From contig OZ249436.1 in the NCBI GenBank assembly GCA_965235115.1, forward strand, positions 7,132,001 to 7,196,000: a DNA stretch of 64,000 nucleotides, in the 5' to 3' direction. The notes below the pieces were generated by a model that was given only the letters and a program-made list of their open reading frames with translations, was not told the DNA's origin and did not search any database. The DNA comes from Laetmonice hystrix (taxonomy: Eukaryota). Numbering within the stretch: the first letter of the stretch is position 1; each line of letters begins with the position of its first letter. Below, piece by piece: positions 25,556 through 37,620 of this stretch. Position numbers and translations under genes: made by a program.

Positions 25556-28500
25556 GTGAGTAGTACTTACTTCTGAACAGCGTTGATCATTGGAGACAAC
25601 AAACTGTGAGGTATCACTGGGATTTATAATGTTATTGATAATGATAATATGTATAACATAGCGTTATAGTGTTACTGTCATCAGGTGGACACAACTTCAA
25701 CCGGTGTATCATCCAGCATCAATTTTCAATATGTTATGATTTCATAAATTTATGATCAAACAATTTCTTCACCTCATCTAAATGATAAACAAACCGACAA
25801 ATAATATCTAAAGGGGCTGTATTATTGCAGAGTTTGAGAGTAGTGGACATGTAATACTACACACATCCTTTGGGCTGCTGAATTCATTTTCTGTGTAAAT
25901 CGCCAGTGGGTTGCGTGTAGCGGAGCAGCCGTTCCTAAAGATGGTAAAAACCTCGCAGGGTTGCTGAAAGGGCTCTATCCACAGTTTTCGAGGCTAGATA
26001 TTGATCGTCCGAGTCAATGTGGTCTATATCACAAAGCCTGTTTGGGAAAGTGTGGCGATAGGGTTATGGGGGCCAGCCTACCACATCAAAGCACGGTAAA
26101 TGTAATTTATTTCAGGTTTGTATTGGAAACATGGAAGGCGTTCAGGATTACCAAATGTATATGTTGTAGTCTAGTGGCAATGATCCTGAGGCCGTATTCT
26201 GTGAACCAGACGATTTATGGGAAAGCAGAAGCCAATATCGACCGGTCCCCAATTGGTAATGCCTTGGGAAACCTTATACAGAGCGCAGTTATTTCTACGG
26301 ACATTTTGAGCGAAACACTTTGGATGGATAATCGATAATTAAAGAAGATAAGTGGGCAGTTTGGTTCCAAGGTTCATGGAATGAATGTCGACGGTCTGTG
26401 CCAGACGTAAATATCTGAACAACGAGGTGCTGCAGTTTTTTTATTGGTCGAGCCCCTTACAGGACACCTGACTACGTGTTTTGTGCCAGCATATGACCTG
26501 GGGCATAACACTTAAAATGTTTGGAGGGAATTCATGTGTGTTGTTTTGTATGTGTCAAGGGTGTTTGTATGTTGATATTGTAAGGAATAGAAATTCATGT
26601 CACATCCAAATACACAATCTTCTAGTCTAAGCAAGTACATGACTCACACGTTGCACAATGTCAAGTCTGCTCTGACAGACTCTTCAGCCTCAGACCCGTG
26701 CATGATCGGAGTTTGTCCTGTGGTCATAGACCTCGCTTTGGTTAGGTTGTTAAAGGCCCCTTGAAGAAAAAGTTGTAAGCGACACAGTTTGGAAGATGCT
26801 GGTTTTTGCAGTTGGTTTGGTCTGGACTCAGCAGATGTTTGTAATGGATCAGCCTGAACGTGTTATGCCATTCAGTAAGGTTCGGTTTACGTTAATATGA
26901 CGAAAGTTACTGTTACCTCTGTCATAGGGCATAATAACTTCTCGGTAACAGATATGGCGTCTGGCATAATTATGTCAGAAACCTGTAACAGTAGTTTCTA
27001 ACATTGACACTGCAACATGGCATGTAAAAATAAATTGTTTATGGCCTGAGTAGGTGTGAAGTGATTTAGTAGTTAACCTTAGCCAGCTGGTCGGGGAAGG
27101 TGTTGAGCGGACAGGTGTCCGAACTTACAATCTGGTCCCAACGACTTGGCAGATAACGGATCCAGGCCCACAGCCTCAGACGATGAGATCTGGTCAAGAG
27201 TGCCTGGACCTGCATGGCCAGTTTGGATGGAAGTGGGGCTTTTGGTAATCAAACAAGATAAATTTGATTAAAGGAAAGATTATAATATTTGTTTTAGGTA
27301 ACCCTAATTAGTGTTTCCTCACGGTAGCATCTATGATCTAGGGGATGGATGTCATTTTGTCAAGGGTAATTTGAAGAGGTTGTATTTATAGAGAATCTCG
27401 GTGTATATTTATGTAGGTAGGTAGGTAGACAGGCACAGACTGGGACAGATGCACACTTCTGCTGTGAGATGATCTATTCCCCTAATTACCCTATGTCAGT
27501 GAGTTGGATGCTGTCAGGGGCGTAGCCCCAGGTATGTGAGATTAGGAGGTATGGGGTTTATTGGGATATGTAGGTAGGTGAAGGTAGGACGGGAGAGGCT
27601 GGGAAAGGTGAGATCCCGTGTTGGTAAAGGTCATAGGTCATCCACCGGCAGGTAGAGGTATGTACTCAGACAGCAGGAATCGGGATCCACTGATGGCGTC
27701 TGCCCAACCCTAACCTTCCTGGCATCATCACCCCTCTTTACGTCAGCCCCAACCTTTTCATAGCGCGTTATTTATAATCTCGGGTCTGGACCTCCGGCAG
27801 TCTGACTGTGTGATGTGACCCTGGGCGGGCCCGCCCTGTGAGGGTTCCGTCATGGAGGCCACCCTTTTATGTTTTTATTCGGTTGGGGTTCGCTCGAGTT
27901 GACCCAGCTTTTCTTTCTCATTACGGATGACACATTTAATAAAAGGGGTTACTCTCTGATTGCCTCTCCCCATTCTGCGTCCATTGGAGTGCGGGATATG
28001 TGTCAATCGACAATATTTGTATTGAAAACATTGAAATACTAACCCATGTGGTTTTTGATGATGTACGTGTTCGGTGGGAGGCACTTGGACTTACAGTGTA
28101 CATGTTATTGAAAGCCTGGGATATGGAGGTATTTTGGAAGTTATTTGAACTATTAGTTCTTGCATGAATTTTTGGCGCTATTTGATAAAGTTGATCAAAT
28201 GCAAACACCGCTGCCAGGTTAACGCCCATTTTTACCTAAGGTATAAAAAACGAGGTTAGATAACATGCCTTCACGAAATATATAGGAAATTGAAAGTGCA
28301 AAATTAAAGGGGGTGTCAGAAACCTTGTACATGCCCGACATCATTTTTTTCCGGGGGGAGGGGATCTGAAAATATCCTTAAGCATAGTGATTGCCGCATA
28401 TAATGGACATGTAAGTTAAATAACATACAATCAGTTCCGTAAGAAGTTCGACGTTATCGCATACCCAGACCGCATAATGATAATTTATGTTGTTTATTTA

Positions 28501-28775
28501 CGTCTGTCGCCATGGCAATGAGTGTTGGAAATTCCATACTCCGTCTGTCTCCAAGAAGATATGTTTTCTATAGTAACGTTACAGCAGGGGTCGTCCGGTG
28601 ACCTCCCGTTAGCGTGCCTGGAGGTACCGCGTTGAGAAGTCAGTTATTTGGTTTATTAGGCAGTGTACAAAAGATAGCGGAGTGCAAGTCCTAGAATTAC
28701 CCGGCTACTAGCAAACGGCATCGACTTTTTATATATTTTATATATTTTTTAATTTTTAAAGTGAAGGGGAGTAAC

Positions 28776-29069
28776 CCAATCTAATTAAAATTAGATCTTG
28801 GTATTCCGCGTCTCTCTCGGCTGTTTCAGTGCTGCCGCGCTCCATACCTGGATCTAAGGACATCCCATTAGGGGTCACCTCAGGTTGACCTCTGGATTCA
28901 GCCAATCAGCGAGTCGCCTACGAAATCTTCGGTGTGCGCTCGTAGGCATTTTCAACGGCACACTTGAATCTGGGTCAAAGGTCAGCCTGAGGTGACCCCA
29001 TACGCGATGCCGTTAGATCCTAGTATGGAGCGCATGCGAAATAACTAGACCTAATTTTAATTAGATTGG
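28776..29069. mobile_element. Fold-back MITE with long TIRs and target-site duplication
   Basis: CCAATCTAATTAAAATTAG ... CTAATTTTAATTAGATTGG, internal arms GCGCTCCATAC/GTATGGAGCGC and GGGGTCACCTCAGG/CCTGAGGTGACCCC; TSD GGAGTAAC (8 bp, or 10 bp if both ends are moved in by 1). Confidence 0.88.
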
Positions 29070-29425
29070 GGAGTAACCAAGCTGATTAGAGTCACCCGTG
29101 GGGGCGTGGAGCATGTTTAAAATAGGTAGCCGTATTGGAGTCAGTTGTCAGTAGGCTTGACGTCTTCCCATAGACTTGGGGGACTCATTACTACCCACCG
29201 CACCCAGTGGTCACTCCCGGCTGACCATGTGGCGGGTACGCAGGTTTCTGAACCCACCTGTCAATAAGTTATGAGCCACGTTCACCTGGGGTCATGCATG
29301 ACTGAGGTGACTGCCAGTCTGATTGTGAGGGCACATGGAGGTTGAAGTGGCTGCGCGGAAACTTGCTGTGATGTAACCAGGAGTTGAGTAGAGCAATGAA
29401 CCTGATGTAGGGAGTGACGTGTATG

Positions 29426-29549
29426 TATTGTCACACTGCCCTCGGCAAGGTGGGACTATTGTCACACTGCCCTCGGCAAGGTGGGACTATTGTCACACTG
29501 CCCTCGGCAAAGTGGGACTATTGCCACACTGCCCTCGGCAAGGTGGGAC
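29426..29549. repeat. Minisatellite, 4 x 31 bp
   Basis: TATTGTCACACTGCCCTCGGCAAGGTGGGAC units at 29426, 29457, 29488, 29519. Confidence 0.93.
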
Positions 29550-30399
29550 ATGTGCATGCTAATGGGGATCCAAGTAGTTGGGAACCTACAGTTGTCGCGG
29601 GGAAAACAGAGGATAGGCCAGATGGTTATTGTCCGATCAGTATACCAAAGATTTTGTCAGTTTAAAAGTTGTCACGCTAGGATCTGGTATTCAGCAAGCT
29701 ATTAATAATTATATGCCGTCTAAGGGAATTACACTGTCGTACATAGTGGCGGTCCAGAAGAAGAGTTGACTCCTGTAACAAGACATACAAAATCCCTATA
29801 GGCTATAGAACAAGCTATACCGAAATATATTCCTATTGGTCGGTCCCCTAAGGCATAGGAATCCCCTTTGGTTTAGGTCTGCTTGAAAAATAACAGATCT
29901 AATGATAGATAGGAACCTATTATAGAAAGAAGTAAGAGAATTGATCAGTGATCTAATCGCTGTTTCAAGGATGTATCAATAGGGCAGCTTTTTTATACAT
30001 GTATTTGTATATTTGAGTGATCTTTGGCGCTTGCTGTAGGCCAAAGTTGAATATCCATGTGCAGATCAATCCCTCACTCCTCACGCTAAGGGAAACATTG
30101 ATCTCTGGTCTAAGCTGACTTTACAATGTTTTATGTCTGGAGACTACATATCATCTGGCATAGTGCGGTCCTGTTTACTTCCAGCCCAATGAGTAGCCAG
30201 CACCTTGTAGTGCGAACCGCCATGTTATTATCTTAAAGTTATACAACGCCCCGCCATCATTGCCACATGGCCAGGACCGGTGCGATTTTCCCCTCTTCTA
30301 TGTCTTCTTCATCCTCTTCCTCTTCTTATTCTTCTTTTACTTCAGTCTTGTATTTCCTTTTCTTGTGGGTTTCTGGGCTTCCTCTCTGCAAGGATAGTC

Positions 30400-30655
30400 C
30401 TTCCCCACCGTGGCTAAACGGGTAACCAAATGCTTTAGCCACATCAAAATTTGTTAAGCCATATTAGTTTTTCTCTAACGAAATAAAATATATAATCTGG
30501 GGAGATGTGCACGTTTCAGATGGCACGAATTTCCTCCATCTCCGGTTTTTAAAGTTCGCCAGCGTGGTGAAAAATATGGTGTGTTTTGTTATATTCCGTT
30601 TTGCCACTTTGCTATTGTTTTCGCCAAAGCGAACGTAGCGAACGGCTAGGGGAAG
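30400..30655. mobile_element. Possible degenerate MITE
   Basis: CTTCCCCACCGTGGCTA ... TAGCGAACGGCTAGGGGAAG imperfect inverted ends; no clear TSD. Confidence 0.35.
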
Positions 30656-30936
30656 CTCAGGTATTTAGACGTGAGAAACTGTCACCTAGTGAATCATCGA
30701 GTGCACTGAATCAGCTGTGGTTTCATCCTCAATGATGATGTGATCGTATGAGCATTGTTTTGATGGACCGTCATTTGTCAACGAATGTACATCAAAGTGA
30801 ACCACATCAATCAAATCACATGACGAGGTACATCCTTGACGTCCTGTTTACAAATAGCAGTTTTAGTGTACTGAGTATTTATCTAGTTTACTCATAGGAA
30901 AGGATGCCGTTTCAAAATGGTTAATAATAGAATGGT

Positions 30937-31090
30937 TGCGGGACCTCTGTGGTAAACCTCCGGCGCGTGACCAAACGATCTCTTAGTCCTGGGGTCGAAT
31001 CCCCCTCGAGTCCGATGTTTGTCAGATTTGTCAGTTACCTGCACTAAGGTCGGGGGTTTTTCCCGCGACACTCCAGTTTCCGCCACTTTT
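30937..31090 (+). mobile_element. tRNA-derived SINE fragment with V-SINE-like core
   Basis: Pol III B-box-like GGTCGAATCCC (30993-31003) followed by GGTTTTTCCCGCGACACTCCAGTTTCCGCCAC, resembling the V-domain core GGTTTCCTCCGGGTGCTCCGGTTTCCTCCCAC. Confidence 0.6.
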
Positions 31091-31700
31091 CTTACCTTAA
31101 ATGATTTTACATCTCATTTTGAAGGCAATGGTGCTCAGTGATGTATGACTGGATGAAGGTAACCCGAGGTATCATTGAAAAACTCCTCCTCTACACTTTA
31201 TAATAAAAAATGTTAAATTCGCTGTAGTTCAACCATATTAACCTTTGTATATATAGATTAACATTTGTTTTTTAGACACCCTGTATAGTAAAGCTTGGCT
31301 GTTTCCTGACATTGATATGGGTTGGCAGAGTTGGGACAGCTGAGAAGATTTGACCATCCTGAGTTGGCCGCCTGCCAGTGTTAGGTTCACGTTTTGTGGG
31401 AAATGAACTTTGAGTGTCGGATGACCTGAAAGGACCACCCAAAGGTATAGTCACGGGGCAAAGTCTTTAGAGCTCCAAAAATCAATTTAAAATACTCCCA
31501 ACTGACGTAGGCATTCCCTGCCGGATACCTCTTCCCAAAGGTGTGTGCACAAACTGCCTTTAGAACTGTAGTGTACCGAGAGGTGGAAGGCACAGAACAG
31601 CTGCTTCTATAGGTTCAGAACCCTCCACTCCCACCCCCACCCCCATACGAAACCCTTCACTGAAGTTCCCCAAGTACCGTGTCTTCATAGCTTCCGCCCA

Positions 31701-32101
31701 ATAGGGCGCCGAAGTCTCGTGACACAGTTACGGTTTTTCTGGATAGGAGGTACAAATGGAGCGTCAATGTTGACACCCAAATGTTACGTCACAAATTTCC
31801 CCATTGGTTTAACATAGGATGAAGAGACATCGTTCCAAAGATCGGCCTAGTCTTGAAGATTTTTGTGTTGTTATGTATAAAAATTATCTATTCAAGCATA
31901 AAACAGGTTGATACAAATATCTGGGAAGGTTTTATTACAAAGGGCAGCATAATTACAGAGAAATCACAAGTTGAAGTTGACAGTCGCCGTTCCCTATGGC
32001 CAGCGCCATGCTAAACAAGCGTGAGCGATAATGACGTGTCAACAAAATCGACGTTTATCGCGTTGTAACGCAACATCTCGTGACCTACTTCGGCTCCCTA
32101 T
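31701..32101. mobile_element. Non-autonomous TIR element
   Basis: ATAGGGCGCCGAAGT ... ACTTCGGCTCCCTAT (15 bp, 1 mismatch) plus internal TGTTGACAC/GTGTCAACA. Confidence 0.6.
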
Positions 32102-32374
32102 AGTGTAATAGATCCCAAGAAAATTACTCTTGGGGGGAACACTCTGTTACCCAAACTTCCTAATACTAATAGGCTAGAGGTTTAAAATCCGGACAGAGAG
32201 CGGTTGAGAATTTGGATGATCCGTTGTGTACAAGTTGTTTTCTACGTTCAGTCTTCTCGTTGAAGATCAGTGGGTGTTATCGGTAACTATGCAGTGACTT
32301 TTTGTTATTGTTTGGTTTTGTTGAATTGGATAAATCTTTACGAATTTTTAATCTAAAATCCAATGTGGCTGTCC

Positions 32375-32505
32375 CGTTTTGTGGGGAACCTGAAAGGACC
32401 ACCCGGCCTTGCCTAGCCGGTCGTGAATGAAGCAGTGTTCTCCAGTAAGAGGGATGCCTCCTCCTGTATGTCACTCCAGTAGTACAGTTGGCACCCATTA
32501 ACCTA
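32375..32505 (-). mobile_element. Possible degenerate Nin/Deu-domain SINE fragment
   Basis: Minus strand carries ordered blocks TAATGGGTGCC...GCATCCC...GCTTCAT...ACCGG resembling the Nin core as I recall it; tail shares ACCTGAAAGGACCACCC with 31424-31440. Confidence 0.35.
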
Positions 32506-34967
32506 TCAGATGTCCTCCTGATAGCTAATAGGCGGCAGCGTCCCTTCCCACAATAACTCCATCACGTCTTTGAAGTGACACAAAACAAGTGTTGAGGCAG
32601 GTGAAGAAGCACCACACGACCATACTGTCCTGCCACCTGGTGAGAGGCCTTCAACGCACCAGCGGGTGCCTGCCTGTAAACAGAGTAAATTGCGATCAGA
32701 GATTTGCACTCGGTGGCACTGCGCCCCCTCCTGACGCCACCTCCCCACAGTTCACACGGGGTTCGCCAGGAGGGGTGACGGTTCGGGCCACCAACACGAC
32801 TTTTCGATGAAGAAAGAACATTTTAAATGAAGTAAGCTGCTTCGACATTTGCCTATCAGGCCTTTTGCATTGTGTAATTATGGCTCAGATTTGGCTGTCT
32901 GTCTCAGTGCAGGCTGTAAGGAATATAAAAGACATGAAGTTCAGGCTAAACCATTTTTTCTTGCAGTAACTATACCAAAGGCACTTTAAGTGTACTCCCT
33001 CTCGGGTTGTCATTATCTTCAAAAATGGTAACAGGAATGTGATTTTACGAGCTGTCTACATGCACATACAAATCAGATATCGTTAAACTAGTGTCGGCAC
33101 GTTGTAGCCTTGCACGGTAAGGGTCTGGCCTCACAGCGAAGTCAGGGTTTGTCAGGTAGAATACACAGTATTTATGGTTCACATGATTTCTCATTTTGAG
33201 ACCCTGATATTTTGTAAAGGAGAGATTATGTAACATCACCATATGATGTTTGTTTCATAATCTGCTTATGTTGTGCAGAGCAATGGTGAACCGTTCATAC
33301 TGCGACCTGTGAATTGGTTAAAGTCCATCATTAAATATCGAATTCCGTCAAATTACAATGCAGGTACCCCAGTATAATGCTTTCATTTTGTGGTTTTCTG
33401 AAGCGGTAATTATTTAAAAACAAGAGGGGGCAGGTGTATGATTATTATAATGATTACAAAGCTTGAACTGAAGAGCATTTTTCATAGCTGATTGTGGAAA
33501 AGCTATCGTTTCTGTTATAGCTTTCGATGATATCATCGAAGTGGTCCCTCTAGTTCGCTCAACATAGATTATTTTACTAATTAAGGAGATCCCTACTCGG
33601 TGGATACCTCCAGGCTAGGTCGTATAATTACCGTAATTATGGCACAGGGGCCATGGGCAGACTCGGCGGCCAGTAGGACTAGCCAGAAGTCAGATCAGCA
33701 TATTACACCATAGAATTGCAGTTTGCCCTACTTGACTTTGGGCCAGTGATGTTTAATAGCAGTGGGAATACTTGGGAACCGGCCACAGGATGTACATCAT
33801 ACAATGTATTGCAGCCAGGGAACAGGACTAGAGCTGGATATTGCAATCAGTAGAAATGGTCATGATTGAACATTTTAACTATGAATAGTCTATGGATAGC
33901 TTTGGATGTGATGGGGGAAATCAATGTTTGAATGATTCATTCAAAATTTCTGTCCGATTTTTCTATCAGGCTGGTTCACCTGTTGCGACATTAAATGATT
34001 GATGCCGCTTGCACAGTGAATTTAAGCTTGCAAGTGTGGTTGCCATGGTGAGAAATCATGTGACTGTTTGGATAAAGTTATGTCATAGTGACTACAACTA
34101 ATTTTTTTTTAACCTGGCCACAGATTGGGGCCCCAGAAAACACAGATCAGTCAGGTGGTTCTGACACCGGTCGGTATGCAAACGTTTTCTATCCCGGATA
34201 ACCCACCGGCTGACGCCCCCCCCCCCCCGCCACACCCACCCACACCCCCACTGCACGGGACAACTATTGCTTTCAACTAGCCTGACCACCCCTTTTTCTT
34301 TTCGAGAGATGGTACATTCCGGATAGAGTCCAGCACCACGTTTGAAATTGGTAGATGTGTTGAGACACTAGAATCAGGATTGTCCCAAGCTGTGTTTAGA
34401 TTGGCCGGACAGACAGGTGTCAGAGACGCCGGATCTCTGTACACCTGGCAAAAAAAACTGACTTCCTTCCTCACTCCATCAACAGTGATTGAAGATGACA
34501 TGCTGGGCACGGCATAGTGGCCGTCAAATTTCAAGGTGTGCTAATGGATTGTAAATACATTGTACACACCTGGCTGATCTAGAAGGGATCTTCTTCAGAC
34601 AGTTGGAATCATCTCCTGTTTGGACAGTCTTCCTCAGATACTTTGGATTGTCGTGTGCTTTCAGTGGAAAACAACGGATACCGAAAGGGAGTTAGCGTGA
34701 TACGCAGGCAGCTTACGGTATGTGCCTGCTGACATAGAAAGAAAAAATTATATCTTATCTTAGGCAAGAAGTACGGTGATTCTAATCTCGGAACCGATTG
34801 GTTATATTTCGATGATTGTTCCGTTTATGGTTGGATTCGAGAGAGTTCGAAAGGTTTCATGTTGGAACTAGAAACAAGAAACCGTCTGACACTACTGAGC
34901 TGTTCTTTTAAACATTCATATTTTGGTTTTGGGTTCCACCCACTAAACATTTGACATGATCCTGTAG

Positions 34968-35051
34968 TTGGATGGCTGCCGCACACACGGATCATCAAAG
35001 ATTCTGGAGAACAGAATCCCCAAAGTGATCATGACAGTTGCAGTCTGGAAG
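34968..35051 (+). CDS. Candidate alternative exon ending MTVAVWK (ATG at 35031)
   Basis: Possible acceptor cctgtag|, 84 nt open, AAG|gtaagg, phase 0. Confidence 0.5.
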
Positions 35052-35429
35052 GTAAGGCTTTTTAAGGTCCTGTTACTTGACAGACGGAAACTACAGAAGA
35101 GAAGATACATTTGATCAGATATTCAGGAATTAAACGTTGTATTTTCAATTGTAAGTGTACACATGTAGTAGGTGACTGTTATCAGTAGTAGACGATGCTT
35201 CCATGCCCTTAATGGGTCAGCAGGTCTGACACTGTTGTCATTTTGTACTGTCGTGAACAAGTTATCGGGGTATACAGACTTAGGTATCTCGGCTTATGAA
35301 TATTTTGAAGTGAGCAGATCAGCGTGATATGATAACGGTCAGTCTCTTGTTCCCTACTCTATATCAGGAGTGCTGATTTATCACTCAGCTTCAGACTAAC
35401 TGAGCCAGCAAGATCTCGGTATAAACTCA

Positions 35430-37150
35430 ACCAGAGCGGTACCTACCACGCTGGTGTCTGTGAGGGAACATGTACCAGAGCGGTACCTACCACGCTGGTG
35501 TCTGTGAGGGAACATGTACCAGAGCGGTACCTACCACGCTGGTGTCTGTGAGGGAACATGTACCAGAGCGGTACCTACCACGCTGGTGTCTGTGAGGGAA
35601 CATGTACCAGAGTGGTACCTACCACGCTGGTGTCTGTGAGGGAACATGTACCAGAGCGGTACCTACCACGCTGGTGTCTGTGAGCGAACATGTACCAGAG
35701 CGGTACCTACCACGCTGGTGTCTGTGAGGGAACATGTACCAGAGCGGTACCTACCACGCTGGTGTCTGTGAGGGAACATGTACCAGAGCGGTACCTACCA
35801 CGCTGGTGTCTGTGAGGGAACATGTACCAGAGTGGTACCTGCCACGCTGGTGTCTGTGAGGGAACATACCAGAGCGGTACCTACCACGCTGGTGGTATCT
35901 GTGAGGGAACATGTACCAGAGCGGTACCTACCACGCTGGTATCTGTGAGGGAACATGTACCAGAGCGGTACCTACCACGCTGGTGGTATCTGTGAGGGAA
36001 CATGTACCAGGGCGGTACCTGCCACGCTGGTGTCTGTAAGGGAACATGTACCAGAGGTACCTACCACGCTGGTGTCTGTGAGGGAACATGTACCAGAGCG
36101 GTACCTACCACGCTGGTGTCTGTGAGGGAACATGTACCAGAGTGGTACCTACCGCGCTGGTGTCTGTGAGGGAACATGTATCAGAGCGGTGCCTACCACG
36201 CTGGTATCTGTGAGGGAACAGGTACCAGAGCGGTACCTACCACGCTGGTATCTGTGAGGGAACATGTACCAGAGCGGTACCTACCACGCTGGTGGTATCT
36301 GTGAGAGAACATGTACCAGAATGGTACCTACCACGCTGGTATCTGTGAGGGAACATGTACCAGAGCGGTACCTGCCACGCTGGTGGTATCTGTGAGGGAA
36401 CATGTACCAGAGCGGTACCTACCACGCTGGTATCTGTGAGGGAACATGTACCAGAGCGGTACCTGCCACGCTGGTGGTATCTGTGAGAGAACATGTACCA
36501 GAATGGTACCTACCACGCTGGTGGTATCTGTGAGGGAACATGTACCAGAGCGGTACCTACCACGCTGGTGTCTGTGAGGGAACATGTACCAGAGCGGTAC
36601 CTACCACGCTGGTATCTGTGAGGGAACATGTACCAGAATGGTGCCTACCACGCTGGTATCTGTGAGGGAACATGTACCAGAGCGGTACCTACCACGCTGG
36701 TATCTGTGAGGGAACATGTACCAGAATGGTGCCTACCACGCTGGTATCTGTGAGGGAACATGTACCAGAGCGGTACCTACCACGCTGGTATCTGTGAGGG
36801 AACATGTACCAGAGCGGTACCTACCACGCTGGTATCTGTGAGGGAACATGTACCAGAGCGGTACCTACCACGCTGGTATCTGTGAGGGAACATGTACCAG
36901 AGCGGTACCTACCACGCTGGTGTCTGTGAGGGAACATGTACCAGAGCGGTACCTACCACGCTGGTGTCTGTGAGGGAACATGTACCAGAGCGGTACCTAC
37001 CACGCTGGTATCTGTGAGGGAACATGTACCAGAGCGGTACCTACCACGCTGGTGGTATCTGTGAGGGAACATGTACCAGAGCGGTACCTACCACGCCGGT
37101 GTCTGAGGGAACATGTACCAAAGGTACCTTCCACGCTGGTATCTGAGGGA
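35430..37150. repeat. Minisatellite, ~39 copies of a 44-bp unit with 47-bp variants
   Basis: ACCAGAGCGGTACCTACCACGCTGGTRTCTGTGAGGGAACATGT head-to-tail with no spacers. Confidence 0.97.
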
Positions 37151-37426
37151 AACTGCTGAGTTCAGTTCTTCACATTATTAACAGTGACTGGACCCGATTG
37201 TGGTGGAGAGGATCCAGCTGAGATATGAAGGACTTCTTGGAAGATCTCCAGGATGTTGCCGGAAGTCCTTAGAGAACTTTGACAGCTGAGCCGGACGGTA
37301 TTAGTATCATGAGGGTGACACTGCACGTATCCGTCCAGGGGTCGGTGGGACTAATCCAGGTATCGGCAGGCTGGATCCGGTTAGCAGCAGTAGCAGTAGC
37401 AAAAGCAGCAGCAAGAGTCTGAAAGG

Positions 37427-37620
37427 AATACTGCCCTCCGAAGAGCGACTGCAGTATCTGCAAAATTGTGAAATTGATCAAATCGACCCTAAAGATGATG
37501 CTTCAGCCATAGTATTTCAACGAGTAGTTATGGTATAGAATGCCATAACTACTTTAGGGTCGATTTTTATTAATTTCACAATTTTGCAGATTCTGCAGTC
37601 TCTCTTGGGATTGCAGAATA
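37427..37620. mobile_element. Fold-back MITE-like inverted repeat
   Basis: GACTGCAGTATCTGCAAAATTGTGAAATTGATCAAATCGACCCTAAAG versus CTTTAGGGTCGATTTTTATTAATTTCACAATTTTGCAGATTCTGCAGTC. Confidence 0.8.

Noticed and set aside
9560..27610. Other strong donors (9582, 10562, 17292, 22371, 23737, 23752, 27608) as coding first exons
   Set aside because: An in-frame stop precedes the donor with no ATG in the phase-0 frame; at most non-coding UTR exons.
30937..31010. Functional tRNA gene
   Set aside because: Only a B-box-like motif; no cloverleaf, and it is followed by SINE core sequence.
35430..37150. CRISPR array, or repeat-encoded proteins (ORFs 36237-36585)
   Set aside because: Units are contiguous with no unique spacers, there are no cas genes, and the context is eukaryotic; the ORFs are by-products of the repeat.
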